Positions 36,440 to 49,538 of a stretch of DNA of 64,000 nucleotides are shown piece after piece. Origin of the DNA: Hemiscyllium ocellatum. Its lineage: Eukaryota. Location of the stretch: positions 6,747,534 to 6,811,533 of the forward strand of contig NC_083409.1 in assembly GCF_020745735.1 (NCBI RefSeq), written 5' to 3'. How positions within the stretch are numbered: the stretch's first letter is position 1; every line of letters starts with the position of its first letter. Below the pieces are notes generated by a model that saw nothing but the letters and a program-made list of their open reading frames with translations, searched no databases and was not told the DNA's origin. Position numbers and translations under genes: made by a program.

Positions 36440-38745
36440 TGGGAAGGCCACATTGGGTTTGGTGTTGGTTAATGAAACTGGCCAGCTGTTAGATTTGGAG
36501 GTAGGTGAGCACTTTGATGATAGTGACCACAATTGGGTTTTGTTTACTTGAGCAATGATAAGAGATAGATATATACTGCAGGGAAAACGTAATTGGTGGA
36601 AGAAAGGCTACTATGATGCGATTAGGAAAAAATTAGGATGAATAGGATGGGGGAAGGAAACTGCAGGGAATGGGCGCAACTGAAAGGTGGAGCTTATTCA
36701 AGGAACAACAACTGCATGTCCTTGATAAGTATGCACCTGTCAGGCAGGGAGCAAGTAGTCGAGCAAGGGAGCTGTGGTTTATGAAAGAAGTTGAATCTTT
36801 TGTCAAGAGGAAGAAGGAGGCTATGTTAGGATAAGACCTGAAAGCTCAGTTAGGGTGCTTGAGATTTACAAGTTAGCCAGGAAAGATCAAAAGAGAGAGC
36901 TAGGAATAGCCAGGAGGGTATATGAGATGTTGTTGGTGGATAGGATTAAGGATAATGCGAAAGCTTTGTATAATATCAGGAATAAAAGAATGACTGGAGA
37001 AAGGTTAGGGCCAATCAAAGAGAGTAGTAGAAAGTTGTACGTGGAGTGCAAAGAGATGGGGAAGTGCTAATGAATATTTTTCCTCAGTATTCACACTGGA
37101 AAAAGACAACATTATCAAGGAGAATACTGAGATACAGGCTACTAGACTCATGGGATTGACATTCACAAGGAGGAGGTGCTAGCAATTCTGGAAAGTATGA
37201 AAATGGATAAGTCCCCTGGGCTGTATGGGATTTATCCTGGAATTCTCTGGGAAGCCAGGAGACTACAGAGACCTTACCTTTGATCTTTATGTTGTCATTG
37301 TCTATAGGAATAGTGCCAGAAGACTGGAGGACAGCAAATGTTGTCCCCTTGTTTAACAAGGGGAGTAGAGACAACCCTGGTATTATCGACCAGTGAGCCT
37401 TACTTCGGTTGTGGGTAAAGTGTTGGAAAAGTTTAGAAGAGATAGGATTTATAATCATCTAGAAAGTAATAAATAGATTAGGGATAGTCAACACGATAGA
37501 TCGGGCCTCACAAACCTTATTGAGTTCTTTGAGAGGGTGACCAAATAGGTGCATGAGGGCAAAGCGGTTGATGTGGTGTATATGCACTTCAGTAAGGCAT
37601 TTGATAAAGTTCCCCACGATAGACTACTGCACAAAATACGGAGACATGGGATTGAGGGTGATTTAGCGGTTTGAGTCAGAAGATGGCAAGCTGAATTAAG
37701 AAAGAGCATGGTTATTGATGGATAATGTTCATCCTGGAGTTCAGTTACTAGTGGCGTAACGCAAGCATCTCTTTGGGCCACTGCTGTTTGCCATTTCTAT
37801 AAATGACCTGAATGAGGGCATAGAAGGATGGGTTAATAAATTTGGGATGACTCTGAGGTTTGTGAAGTTGTGGATAGTGCTGAAGGATATTGCAGGTTAG
37901 ATTTGGAGGTAGGTGTGCACAGGTTACACACGGGCATGGATAAGCTGCAGAGCTGGGCTGAGAGGTGGCAAATGCAGAGTTTAATGCAGAAAAATGCAAG
38001 GTTATTCACTTTGGAAGGAGCAATAGGAATAAAGAGCACTATTCTAATGGTAAGGTGCTTAGTAGTGTAGATGAGCAGAGAGATCTTGGTGTCCATGTAC
38101 ACAGATCTTTGAAAGTTGCCATCCAGTTTGATAGGGTGGTTAAGAAGGCTTATAGTGGGTTAACTTTTATTGGTAGAGAGATTGGGTTTCGGAGTCATGA
38201 GGTCATGCTGCAGCTGTACAAAACTCTGGCGTGGCCACAATTGGAGTATTTCATACAGTTGTGGTCACCGCATTAAAACAAGGATGTGGGAACTTAAGGG
38301 TTGAGAGGAAATATACTAGGATGTTGCCTGGCATGGAGGGAGGCCTTATGAGGAAAGGATGAGGGACTTGTGGCTGTTTGCATTAGGGAGAAGAAGGTTG
38401 AGAGTTGTCTTAATTGAGACATACTAAGATAATCACAAGGTTAGATAGGGTGCACAGTGAGAGCCTTTTTCCTGAGATGCTGAGGGGACATAGGATTTAA
38501 TTGAGGGGTGATAAGTATAGGAGAGATGTCAGAAGCAGTTTCTTTATTCAGAGACTAGTAGGGGCATGGAATGCACAGACTTCAACAGTAGCAGACTCGC
38601 CAATACTAAGGGCATTTAAATGGTCACAGGATAACCATATGAATGAAAATGGAATAGTGTAGGATAGATGGGCTTCAGAATATTTCCAGAGGTAGGCGAA
38701 ACACTGAGTGTCAAAGGGTTTGTACTGCGCTGTAATGTTTTATGT
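36440..38745 (+). mobile_element. CR1 LINE ORF2 (linker, RT, 3' end), degenerate
   Basis: GAAGACTGGAGGACAGCAAATGTTGTCCCC (EDWRTANVVP, ~37320), ATGCACTTCAGTAAGGCATTTGATAAAG (~37582), and AEFNAEKCKVIHFGRSN (37965 ORF). Confidence 0.9.
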
Positions 38746-41700
38746 TCCAGATGTGACATTGCTCACCACCGCCCTCTCCAGGACAATTAGGGAAGGACAA
38801 CAAATAGCAGACAAATCAAAGCTTGCTCCATCCCACGACAAATCAAAATAAATGACGTACAGTTCAAATGATTAAACTGGTGAGACTTGAATTCATCTCT
38901 TTGAAAGGCTGGAGCCTCGGCCATGACATGGGTGAACCTGCATTTTTAAATTGCAAGGTGGTATCCCCTATGGATCAGGCACAAAATGAATTACACACAA
39001 AGACCGAACAAAAGGCTACCAAAGTGTGTCACCAAACTGCAGTAATCAGCAATTTATCAGGGAGAACTCAAGAGAAAGCCATTAGTGGGTGTAAGAGGGT
39101 AAGACAGACAAGTGGCAGATGTCATTGAATGAACCATAAATACAGTAAAGCTGTTGGGATAGAGCAGGGCAACGGGATTAATTGAATTTTTCTATTGACA
39201 GCTTTCCTGGTTGTAATGACGTTAAAGGAAAAAGTGTAGCTCATATTGTAAACAATGTAATGCAGTGGGCAAGAAAGGATGTTGAGCCACATAAATGCTT
39301 AAAATTGGGAAAGAAAATCGGAAAATAAAATGGGAAAGCCAATGGGATTTTGGAAATAATATCGAGAGTGAGGAGATGGAGGAGAGAGTGGCCAGGACAG
39401 CTGTATTGAAGTATGGTTAGGTCACATCTGGGATATGGTGTACAGTTAGGGGCTTCAATGAGGGGCAATGCAGAATGGTCCAGGGACAGGGGATCTAGGT
39501 TACAAGGAAACGCCAGAAGAGTATCTCGAAGTGGGAGGGAGGGTATTCTGATTACAAAACTTGTTTTTTCATGAAATCGGCACAGTAAATGTAGATTTAC
39601 TGTCAAGACTGACAAACAGAAAGGCAAAACGACACATTCTCTGGTCATACACCAGGTACAGGAAGGAGAGCAGGAAAAATATTTTGATGCAAAGATTGGA
39701 ATTTAGTGAGTGCTGGTAAATTGAGTCCTCCATTCAAAATGGGGCAGAATTACTTCTTGGAGTTTGAATAGGTCTGAAGCAAAAGAGCAAATTACGATCA
39801 AATGGTCATTTGACAATATTGAACTGGCTTGAAAAATGCCCAGTGTTTGGAAGCTTTTCATTTTGCCTTCATCAGGATAATTGTAAAAGTACCAATCAAA
39901 GGAAAAAAACACGACATTTATATAGCATATGCGGAAAGTGCTGATAGGTTGAGATGTTGTCACTATGAACACGCCAATTTAAATATTGTTTTCCATTGCT
40001 GTGGCATTTCTGGTAAATTGTCCTGATTTATGCAAGACAAAAAGCTTCAACAATTTTTTTTTGTTTTTCGCAACATTCAAATTAGGATCAGTTTGGAGGA
40101 AAAGAATGAACAATGGTCTAAGGTCAGCAGAGACCAGGATAGTTTCACCTTGAACTTAATACAGGAATTATCAGGTGAAGTTTAATCACTGGAATGAGTT
40201 AGCCACCTTCCACTAGTTTGATTGTTTGAATTATCCATCAGTTATTTTGATTACTCCTGGGATGGGGACAGCATTGACGTGTCTGCTATTTATTGCCCTT
40301 TCCTAACTATCCTGGAGAGGGCGATGGTTATCCATGAGTTTGTTGAAGAGGATCTGACAGAGTGACAAGATCATGTGCTGTGCCTGAGTACATCTGTCCC
40401 TCAGGAGAATGAGCTGTGGCACAAGGGAAAACCCGGGGGTGGTGAAAAGGCACAGGCAGCCTGGCTAGGCTGCAGAGGGGCTCAACCAGGTTTGACGAAT
40501 GAGCTGATGTCCTTCTGAGCTGAGTTGCAGATTCAGGACTTTCAGGGCCGCACGGCTGACACTGTTACTGACCATAGCTCCATGATTGATGATACCTGCC
40601 CCAGGACAAAATCCACAGAAAGCTGCCTCCTGTGTGTCTGATGCGTCTGTGTGTCTCTCAGACATGACTGAGCAGGCAGCAAGAGTTTCAGCATTTGAAC
40701 GTGTTTGGGTCCATATCAGTGCAGAGAGGACTGATGACCAGGAAAAGTTCACCTTCACGTTTAAAGAACATTAATATTGATGGATCTGTCTGCTCCAAGG
40801 TCTCCCCAATAGTCCCTGCATCTTCCAGCAGAGCATGGCACAGGGTTGTGAGAGTTCAGATCAGCTCCCCCAAACAGTTTGGACAGTGTGCATCTGACTT
40901 GCTGCTGTTTGTGGGAACTGAGGGGGAAGACGTGTCCCTTTGGGATGACAGAACTCCCAGGGGCTGCTCAGAGGGATCCCGATGTTGATCCCTTCCCTGG
41001 AATAGCAGGTGAAAATCTGTTTCATTGCTCGTGCTCCTTGATGCCACACACCATCAAAGAGGCCTTGATGTCAAGGGCTGTCACTCTGCCCTTACCTCAT
41101 TCACATGGTCAGGGAGAGCTCAGTCCACTGACTCACATTTATCTGAATGAATTCCACTTGTTACTGATCAGCCCATCTGACCCTCCAGTCTGTCGATATC
41201 CTCATGTCGTCTTGTACTGCGTTGGAACACCCCCATTCATGAAAGTCAATAAATGGAAAACACTAAAATTTTAATTTAAATACTTAAGAGAACTACTGGA
41301 TTAATAGAGGAATTAAGACCTTTCGTTTGTAAATGGGGTCAATATTTCTTTATTGAGTTAAAGTGACTTCGGTTAAATACATCTGTAGTGAATGTATAAA
41401 TCTACAACAACTCCCACACAGGGTGTTTGGATTGGAGGCTAAGTTGAAAGTATTGGTGACAGATCAGGCAGGTGCAGAGATATCTGGGACTTTGTTCCAG
41501 AAGGATCTTATAAGCCTCAGGACCAGGCAGTCCAATTATTATGTATTATGGGGCATGAAGATCTGACTATGAAGGGGCAGGAGGGTATGGCAATGAGGAG
41601 GCCAGGTAAGGATTTGGAGAGCACTGTAGGACAGGAAAACCCCTCACTCTTGCTCTAGTTGTGTGTATGTTCACCGAGCTGGGAAGTTGATTTGTAAACA

Positions 41701-41779
41701 TTTTGTCCCCTGTCTCGGTGAAATCTTCAGAGCTTTGGAGCTTCCTGTGAAGTGCTGTTGTGCTGTGTTTTCTGGAATT

Positions 41780-42410
41780 TATTTGGTTCCATTCCTGCTG
41801 TTTCCAGTTAATGGTTCTGGATGTTCATTGCAGTGGTCGGTATACTGGGTCCAGGTCAATGTGCTTATTGACGGAGCCCATTGATAAGTGACATACCTCT
41901 AGAAATTCCCTCTGACTGCCCTCTGTTGACTTGTCCTATGATCATAGTGTTGGCCCAATTGAATTTGCGGTCCTTGTCATCTGTGTGTATAGCTACTCGG
42001 GACAGCTGCTCATGGGGTTGAGTGGCTCGTTGGTGCTCATGGATGTGGATGGCTAGTTGTCTGCCTGTGTGCCCGAGGTGTTTCGTGCAAATGTTACATG
42101 GATTCTTGTAAATTACATCTGTCTTTCGCAAGGTGGGTATTGGGCCTTTTGTTCTCGTGAGTTGTCTGAGTGTGGCTGTCAGTTTCTGGGCAGTTTCTGA
42201 ATGGTTGATGAAGACTCGCTGTCAGTTTTGTGATGTTTTTATATAAGGTATTGTGGCTAGTGAGTTAGGTCGTGGCATGTGCTCATCGCGTTGTTTGTCT
42301 GTTAGGTACCTGTGGATGAAGTTGCGTGAATATCCACTCTTGGCAAAACCTTTGTAGAAGTGTTCTTCTCTTTGCAGGTCGAGAGTGCTGCAGTGGGTTG
42401 TAGCCCTTTA
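41780..42410 (-). mobile_element. Penelope-like element remnant: RT C-terminus/thumb and GIY-YIG endonuclease
   Basis: Minus ORF 41865-42131 KTDVIYKNPCNICTKHLGHTGRQLAIHIHEHQRA..HTDDKDRKFNWANT matches the PLE GIY-YIG pattern (VIYxIPCxxC..YIGQTGR...EH). Upstream sequence encodes degenerate RATTHCST..KVFAKSGY and ATIPYIKNI. Confidence 0.85.
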
Positions 42411-45400
42411 GAACGGATTCCTAATGCAGCTTCTCCTGTGTGTGGGGAGGGATCAGGCAGAGAGGAAGAGTCAGTGCAGCCATTGTGCAGCATCCATTCT
42501 CGAGTTGTCCCATTTCCAATCCCACTGCAATGTCATTGACTGACCTCGACACCAATCAGATGCTCCCATCACAAGAGGCTCCATGGCCCTGAGGACTGTG
42601 AGAGTAAACCCTGTTCATTCAGATCGATCATCAAGCTCCAGCATTCCTGATGTGGTGGCAGCCAGGAGAATCGTGCCTATGGGAGATTCCATACACACTC
42701 CCTCCCTCCCGGCAGGGAAAGATTATTCCATGGCCCTGCTTTCCCTCCAAACTGATCCAAAATCATGTGTTGCTGAAAAATAGAGACATTTTGTCAAAGC
42801 TTTTGTCTTGCGCACAACAAGACAATTTGTAAGAAATAGCGCAGCAAAAGAATGGAGATCCCAACAGGTCAGGCAGCATCCATGGAGAGAAAGTAAGGCA
42901 AAATAAATGCTTTCACAAGAACGATTTTGTCTCACTCAAGTACTATATTCTCAAATGACCATTTGATCCTGTTTTCCTCTTTTGCTTCAGGCCTGTTGAA
43001 ATTCTAAAAAGTAATTCTGTCTTTTTTTGAATGGAGCACTCTGTTTATCATCATTCATCATTCAATTCCAATAACTGCATCAAAATGTTGTTCCTGATCT
43101 CTTTTCTGTACCTGATGTATGACTGGAGAATATGTCATTTTGCCTTTCAGTTTGTCTGCACTGATAGTAAATCTACATTTACTGTGTTTATTTGTTTAAG
43201 TATATTTGAACATCAGAATATCCTACCTCCACTGTCAAAATCCTATTCTGGCCTTCATAGAATCATAGAATCGAGGAATTCCTACAGAGTGGAAGCAGGC
43301 CATACAACCCAGCATGCTCATACCGACCCTTTGAAGGCCATCCCACACAAACCTACACTTCTCCCACCCTATTCCCGTAATCCTGCATTTTCCATGGCAT
43401 TTTTCATTTGCTAGCCTGCACATCTCTTGTGACCCTTGATCCCCTGTCCATATCCCATTATGTATTTTCCCTCAAAGCAGCCCCTAACTGTTCACCATTC
43501 TAGCCATGAACTAACCATTCTTCAGGACAGCTGCCGTGGTCACTCTCCCCTCCATCTCCTCACACTCAATATTCAATCCAAAATCACATTGACCTTTGTT
43601 TCTGATATTGTTTCCAAGTTAAAGAGATATGTCACTCGGCATCCTTTCTTGCACGCAGCAGTGTTTTTTATAATATAGACGGCTCTCCAAACTTTATCGT
43701 TCTCAGAGCAGTGACAACCGAGAAAACCTCTTCCAGCTCTCAGTGGAGAAATTCAGGTATTCCCGTTTCCCTTCTCTATCCCTATAGCTTCCCTTTCTGT
43801 GTGACTCTGTTTCTAGTGTGTTCAACAATATCTGACACTTGCCAGCCTAATGCGCTTACACCCACTGATACCAGTTGAGGTGTCCCAGATAAATTGCTGC
43901 TCTTTGCAGTTTGGTGACCCGCTTTGAAAGCCATTTGTTCGGTCTTTGAGTGTAATTAATTTTGTGTCTGATCCCAGTGTCAATCCGAAGGACACTCCAC
44001 GTTTCAGTCTGACAAACCAGGGTCACCCATGTCATGGCTCTATATCTAGCCTAGGCTCCAGTCTTCCAAAGAGATGAATTCAAGCCTCACCAGTTTGATC
44101 ATTTGAAGAGTGTCTCATTTATTTTGATTTCTCCTCGGATGGTCGGGCACAAAAATGGCTGCTATTTGTTACCCTTTCCTAATTGTCATGGAGAGGGCGG
44201 TGGTGAGCCATGTAATATCTGGGACGGAAGGCGCTGGGAACTGAACAAAAAAACCATGAAACTCAATGTCATGTTCATGAAAGTAGTTTGGACAAGGGAG
44301 CCCAGTCATCACCCGGTGTGTGACCCCTGTACCACAATGACATGATTCATTCTTAAAGGCCCCATAATCTGGCTCAGAACTCAGTCCGAGTAACTAGAGA
44401 TGGGCAATTAATTTGAAGTTTAATTTACAATATTTCATAGAATAGTTCGTTTTTTAAAATATATTTTAAATATTTAAACCTTTGTTAACCTGAGTGTACA
44501 AGGCATAACTTCAAAATTTGCTGATGGTATGAAACTTGGATATATTACATCTGATGAAGAAGATAGTGTCTAACTTCAAAAAGGATGTCGATAAGTTAAT
44601 GGAATGAGCAGATGGCTGTAGAAACAATGTAATGGAAAGAGCTGTCGCTGATTCATTTTGGAAGGAAAACTTTGAGAGACAAACCAAAAAAAAGGGTACA
44701 AGTATGGTTGGGTGTAGGGACAGTAGGCCCTGGATATTTATGTGCATCAGTCATTGAAGGTGGCAGGGTAGGCAGCTGTTCTCATGAGAGAGCAGCTGAT
44801 TAAAGCAGATGCCATATCAACATGAGCATAGAATACAGTGTGGATGTGAAAAGCATGTTTCCTTTTCGGGGAGAATATCAAATTAAAACAAGTTCCCTCA
44901 TAGAAAACCGAGATAAGCAGCTATTCTTTTTCTTGCATAAGTTCATTGATCTTTGGAACTCTTCATCAAACATAGAAATGAAACCCCTGAAGGCTTGTAA
45001 TGAAGAAGTAGATAGCCATTGCTTTCAAGAATCTATCAGAGTAAGGCAAGAATGTGGAATAATCAGGTGAGCCATGGGGAGCAGTCTCAAGAGGATGAAT
45101 CTCCTTCCTCTGCCCCTAACTCATTTGATCGTGTGTCCAGTTACATCGTTGAAAGAACAGCGCCTTGAAATTTTGTGGTTTTCAATAAAACAGCTGAAGT
45201 GGCTGCTGGTTTGTGTGGGCGCGAATGGAAGGGGACTTTACCCATAATCCTCAGCATCAGTGCAAGCGCTCTTTCGCAACTAGAGGGTAGTGCTTCATAG
45301 TCCTTGATCAGTAAAAAATAAACTGGGACGCTGCTTGGAGCAAACAGGCTCAATCTGTAGAGACCCATAGAGAGGCAGTGCAGCTTTAGAAGTAGGGTAC

Positions 45401-45439
45401 TTATCACACCACAATGAAATTGTCCCCTGTGATAAGAAA

Positions 45440-45790
45440 GGTACTTTGATGTGACTTTTGTTTGTCTTCACAGTGTGCTGTTTTGTTCATTCTGTGAAAC
45501 ATATAGATGATGTCAGTACTGAGTGGCACGAAGTATATTTCCTCCTCTAACCCCTTTCCAAAACACCCTCTCCATCTTGCTTTACTCCATATTGACTCTT
45601 CTACAATTGTCCCTGTTCCCTCACTCCGTCCCGGTCCCAGAGGGAATGATAACCGGAGTTCATGACCCCGTACTGTGTGAAGGTTGGTGTGAAGTGAGGC
45701 CAGTGTGTTGGAGCTTGGGCTCCTGCCTCAGGCCCAGGTGTAGGGGCCTGTTCAACAATCTGCACATTGTCATTTTTCTCTTTCTGACTG
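45440..45790 (-). promoter_or_regulatory. Conserved non-coding block downstream of C2 (candidate 3' enhancer)
   Basis: Inverted copy of 34985-35335, with an 84-bp identical core at 45683-45766. Confidence 0.45.
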
Positions 45791-46229
45791 TACAGGAGTT
45801 TTCAAGCTGCAGTAACTTGCTGGCAACAAGGTGTCTTGTCTAAAAGTCTCCCAGCACTGGACAGATTTCTGCTGTTGATTATTTTTTCTCTCTCTGGAGT
45901 CAGCTCTGTATTCAGTGCCTGTTATCATTTTGTTAGAGTTCATATGTCAGCTGCTGCTTCCTTGCTATGAACTTGGAAAAACATCATCAATGCCTCTTGA
46001 GATTTAAATCATTTAACATTCCAGTGATGTGAATGCATCAGTGTTGGTGATAGCAGGGAGCATTTAACATCATGGTTCTAGGTTTTAATGGATCCTCTCT
46101 CGTGATAATACAGTTTGCAATGTTTCTCTCCACTTACGTGTTAATCAGATGCTTGCAAACCTGTTATGATGAGAACAGTGCGTCTTCAACACTGTGTGAT
46201 GGAATGGATAGGTCAATAAAGGGGAGGGA

Positions 46230-46365
46230 GGTAGCTCTAAATCCAGAGGTGGCTATGAGTACCTGGATGGGCCCCAGCTCCCCCTGCCCCTTTATTGGCT
46301 ATGCTGAACAGTCCCTCTTCAGTGCCTACACAGGCATTGTGCTCCAGCTCTTGAAGACAGGGGGG
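46230..46365 (+). mobile_element. Penelope-like element RT fragment
   Basis: VAMSTWMGPSSPCPFIGYAEQSLFSAYTGIVLQL resembles the PLE RT motif GVAMGTRMGPSYACLFVGYVEQSLF..Y.G..PQL. It is followed by a G-rich low-complexity tract to ~46560. Confidence 0.7.
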
Positions 46366-46669
46366 TCTGAGATGGCTGAAGGAGGGGAGGGGGCAAGGGG
46401 GATGGGAATGGGAGAGAATGGATGTGGGAGAGAAAGGAGATTGAGCGGAGGTGGGTTGTGGAGTGAGGTGTGGGAGTGGGAAGGTGGGGATGAGGTGAAG
46501 ATGGAGAAGTGGAGGGATAGGGTGCACTGTGGGGGTGTATGGGTGAGGAGGGAAAGCGACTGTGCTGGCTGGCTGCAGGTAGGCATTTGGACTCAGGGTG
46601 ACTCTGGGAAATGTAGTCTAAGTCTTGGTTGCAGAGTGGGGGGGTCAGAAGTGGAGGCAGAAGTGGAGC

Positions 46670-46975
46670 GAAGTCAAGGGCAATTTGGGTGTTTTGACCC
46701 AGGTTCAATTCCAGCCTCAGGCAACTGTATGTGTGGAGTTTGCAGGTTTCCTCTGGGTGCTCTGGTTTCTTCCCACAATCTAAAGATGTGCAGGTTAGGT
46801 GAATTGGTCATGCTAAATTGCCCATAGTGGTCAGGGATGTGTAGGTTAGGCTCATTAGTCAGGGAAAAAGCAGAGTAATAAGATAGGGGATTGGGTCTTG
46901 GGTAGCTTCCTTTTCCAAGGGTCAGTGTGGACATGTTGGGCCAAATGGCCTGTTTCCTCACTGTAGGGATTTTAT
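46670..46975 (+). mobile_element. V-SINE (HE1-like)
   Basis: B-box-like GGTTCAATTCC, GTGTGGAGTTTGCA V-domain, and CR1-like tail GGGCCAAATGGCCTGTTTCC. Confidence 0.75.
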
Positions 46976-47604
46976 GACAGTCCATTCCAGATTCCCACGA
47001 CCCTTTGAGTGAAAACGTTCTTCGCCAAATCTCATTTGCGGTGTCCATAATGAAACCTTTCAAACCATTATTTTGTCTCGTGTCATTTAGCTCTTGAGCT
47101 CCTTCTTCAATAAATGTTTTATTCTTTTTGATAAAATATGAATTCTCTGACAGGGACAGTTAACTTTGTCCAATCAGGGATCCCTGGATGACAGATAAAA
47201 AGGGACATGTCAGAAGGACTGATACTCTGGGACCTGACTCTGAATAACAACCTGCCAACCAACCCACTGCTTCTGTCACCCTCAATTTCCCCATGCTTAC
47301 TTTTGTTTCACCTTCGATCCAGCCTGTGCTGCCTTTGAGAGAGTTTGGCCTTCCCTCCATCACCCAGGAATGTGGTCATTATCCCAGAGCAGTCACACTT
47401 TTAACCTGAGTGTCATCATAGCTGGGGAAGGGGGAGAGAACTTGGCACCTTCATTGTGGTCATACCTGTCATTAATCCACCGCAACCTCTTTGGGCTGCA
47501 AGAATTCAGCCTCCTTCCCTCAGACAGCTCCCCTCCCTGGAAATTAATATTGCTGCACCTTGTTCTGGGTTAATTAACCACTGAAATATGACTCATCCTT
47601 TATA

Positions 47605-48175
47605 ATAGACTACACCTGGAGTACTGTGTGCAGTTCTGGCCTCCAAATTTGAGGAAAGACATTCTGGCTATTGAGGGAGTGCAGCGTAGGTTCACGAGGT
47701 CAATTCCTGGAATGGAGGGATTACCTTACACTGAAAGACTGAAGCGACTGGGCTTGTATACCCTTGAGTTTAGAAGACTGAGAGGGGATGTGATTGAGAC
47801 ATAGAAGATTATAAAAGGATTGGACACTCTGGCAGCAGGAAACATGTTTCCGCTGATGGGTGAGTGCCGAACCAGAGGAGACAACTTAAAAATACGGTGT
47901 AGACCATGTAGGACAGAGATGACGAGAAACTGCTTCACCCAGAGAGTGGTGGCTGCGTGGAATGCTCTGCCCCAGAGGGCAGTGGAGGCCCAGTCTCTAG
48001 AGTCATTTAAGAAAGAGTTGGATAGAGCTCTCAAAGATAGTGGCATCAAGGGCTATGGAGATAAGGCAGAAAGCGGTTACTGATTAGGAATGATCAGCCA
48101 TGATCATATTGAATGGCGGTGCAGGCTCGAAGGGCTGAATGGTCTACTCCTGCACCTATTGTCGATTGTCTATTG
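47605..48175 (+). mobile_element. 5'-truncated CR1 LINE 3' end (relatively intact)
   Basis: CACCTGGAGTACTGTGTGCAGTTCTGG, ORF 47820-48083 (RGDNLKIR..FTQRVV..WNALP), and a CTATTGT repeat tail at ~48156-48175. Confidence 0.9.
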
Positions 48176-48922
48176 ATATATGACTATGGGGAGCCAGCAT
48201 TGGCTGGGCAGACAGCCAGATTGACCCTGGATTCAGAAAGTCCCTTGTAATTGGGCAACACATTAGGGAGCACAGTCTAGATTAGAATAGTGCTGGAAAA
48301 GCATAGCAGGTCAGGCAGCATCTGAGGAGCAGGAAAATCGACATTTCTGCATTAGGAAGCACAGTGACCACTGTCTCTGAAATCCCTCCCTTACTGAGAA
48401 TACACTCTCAGTATTCACCTTTCTCAGCTGCCATCTGAATTTACTATAAATTCTGTGTCCAAAGATCCTGCCCCTCCAACTATCTGATGAAGAAGCAGTG
48501 CTCTAAACGCTTCTACTTTCAAATAAACCTGTTTGACTATCACCTGATGTTGGATTTTTAACTTCGGCCATCTGAATGAGCTGCCATCTCAGACTGAATC
48601 ATCTGAACTGTTTTTCATTCATGATTTGAGAAGATTAAAGCCGAATCTTCAATCCCCAGCACAAAGCCCATTCTCAATCCATCGCTCGGAGACACATACC
48701 TCAGAGAGATACCTACAGACAGCACAGAGGAACGCACTCACCCTGTGAGACAGGTAGCACTGAGGAACATGATCACACTCCATGTAGTAGACAGGCGTCT
48801 CTGAATGTGGGTGCATTACAGAACGCTGCCTGTGGGTGTCTCTCTGAGTAACAAATCCACACTGAGAGAGACCCCCTCCAAGCAGCATTAAGTTAAACAA
48901 TCACACTCAGAGAGGCACACAT

Positions 48923-49122
48923 TCTAGATTAGAGTGGTGCCGGAAAAGCACAGCAGTTCAGGCAGCATCCGAGGAGCAGGAAAATCGATGTTTCGGGCAA
49001 AAGCCCTTCATCAAGAATAAAGCTCTATTCCTGATGAAGGGATTTTGCCCGAAATGTCGATCTTCCTGCTCCTCGGATGCTACCTGAACTGCTGTGCTTT
49101 TGCAGTACCACTCTAATCTAGA
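48923..49122. mobile_element. 200-bp palindromic PLE-terminal-derived element with opposed hammerhead motifs
   Basis: TCTAGATTAGAGTGGT...ACCACTCTAATCTAGA arms. The + motif is CTGATGA-A-GGGA-TTTT-GCCC-GAAATGTC (49031-49058). The - motif is TTGATGA-A-GGGC-TTTT-GCCC-GAAACATC (49014-48987). Confidence 0.8.
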
Positions 49123-49532
49123 ATCTGGTTTCCAGCACTTGCAGTCCTTGTTTTTACCTCAGAGAGATACAGGCAACAATGTCTGTGAATGGCCGAAGAT
49201 TGTTTCAGCAGCTACACAAAATGCAGCAGAGATTGCACAGTGCGATCCCATCAGCTGGGTCTGGACCAACAGAGTGAAGAGAGAATACGTCAAATTGTAC
49301 TTATTGAGTCCTAACAGCTTTTAGTTTCTGTTCTTTTTGGAATCTTGTAATCTACATAAATTCCTGACCAAAGGGATCATTTGAAAATGATTAATGACTG
49401 ATGATTGCAATTGATTGACAGGCCAACCAGCCAATCTTGACAATGGCCTGCTGAAATGCAGCCAATCAACTGAGGCGGCGAGGAACGTCATCGATTACCA
49501 AAGCACACAGAGACAGAGACTGAATCTTCATC

Positions 49533-49538
49533 TTTATT
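49533..49538 (-). terminator. Probable poly(A) signal, cluster 2
   Basis: AATAAA on the - strand 524 bp after the stop, in a flank homologous to 30089-30094. Confidence 0.5.

Noticed and set aside
46072-46827. 251-aa ORF as a host gene
   Set aside because: It is a chimaeric reading through a PLE RT fragment, a G-rich low-complexity tract and a V-SINE.
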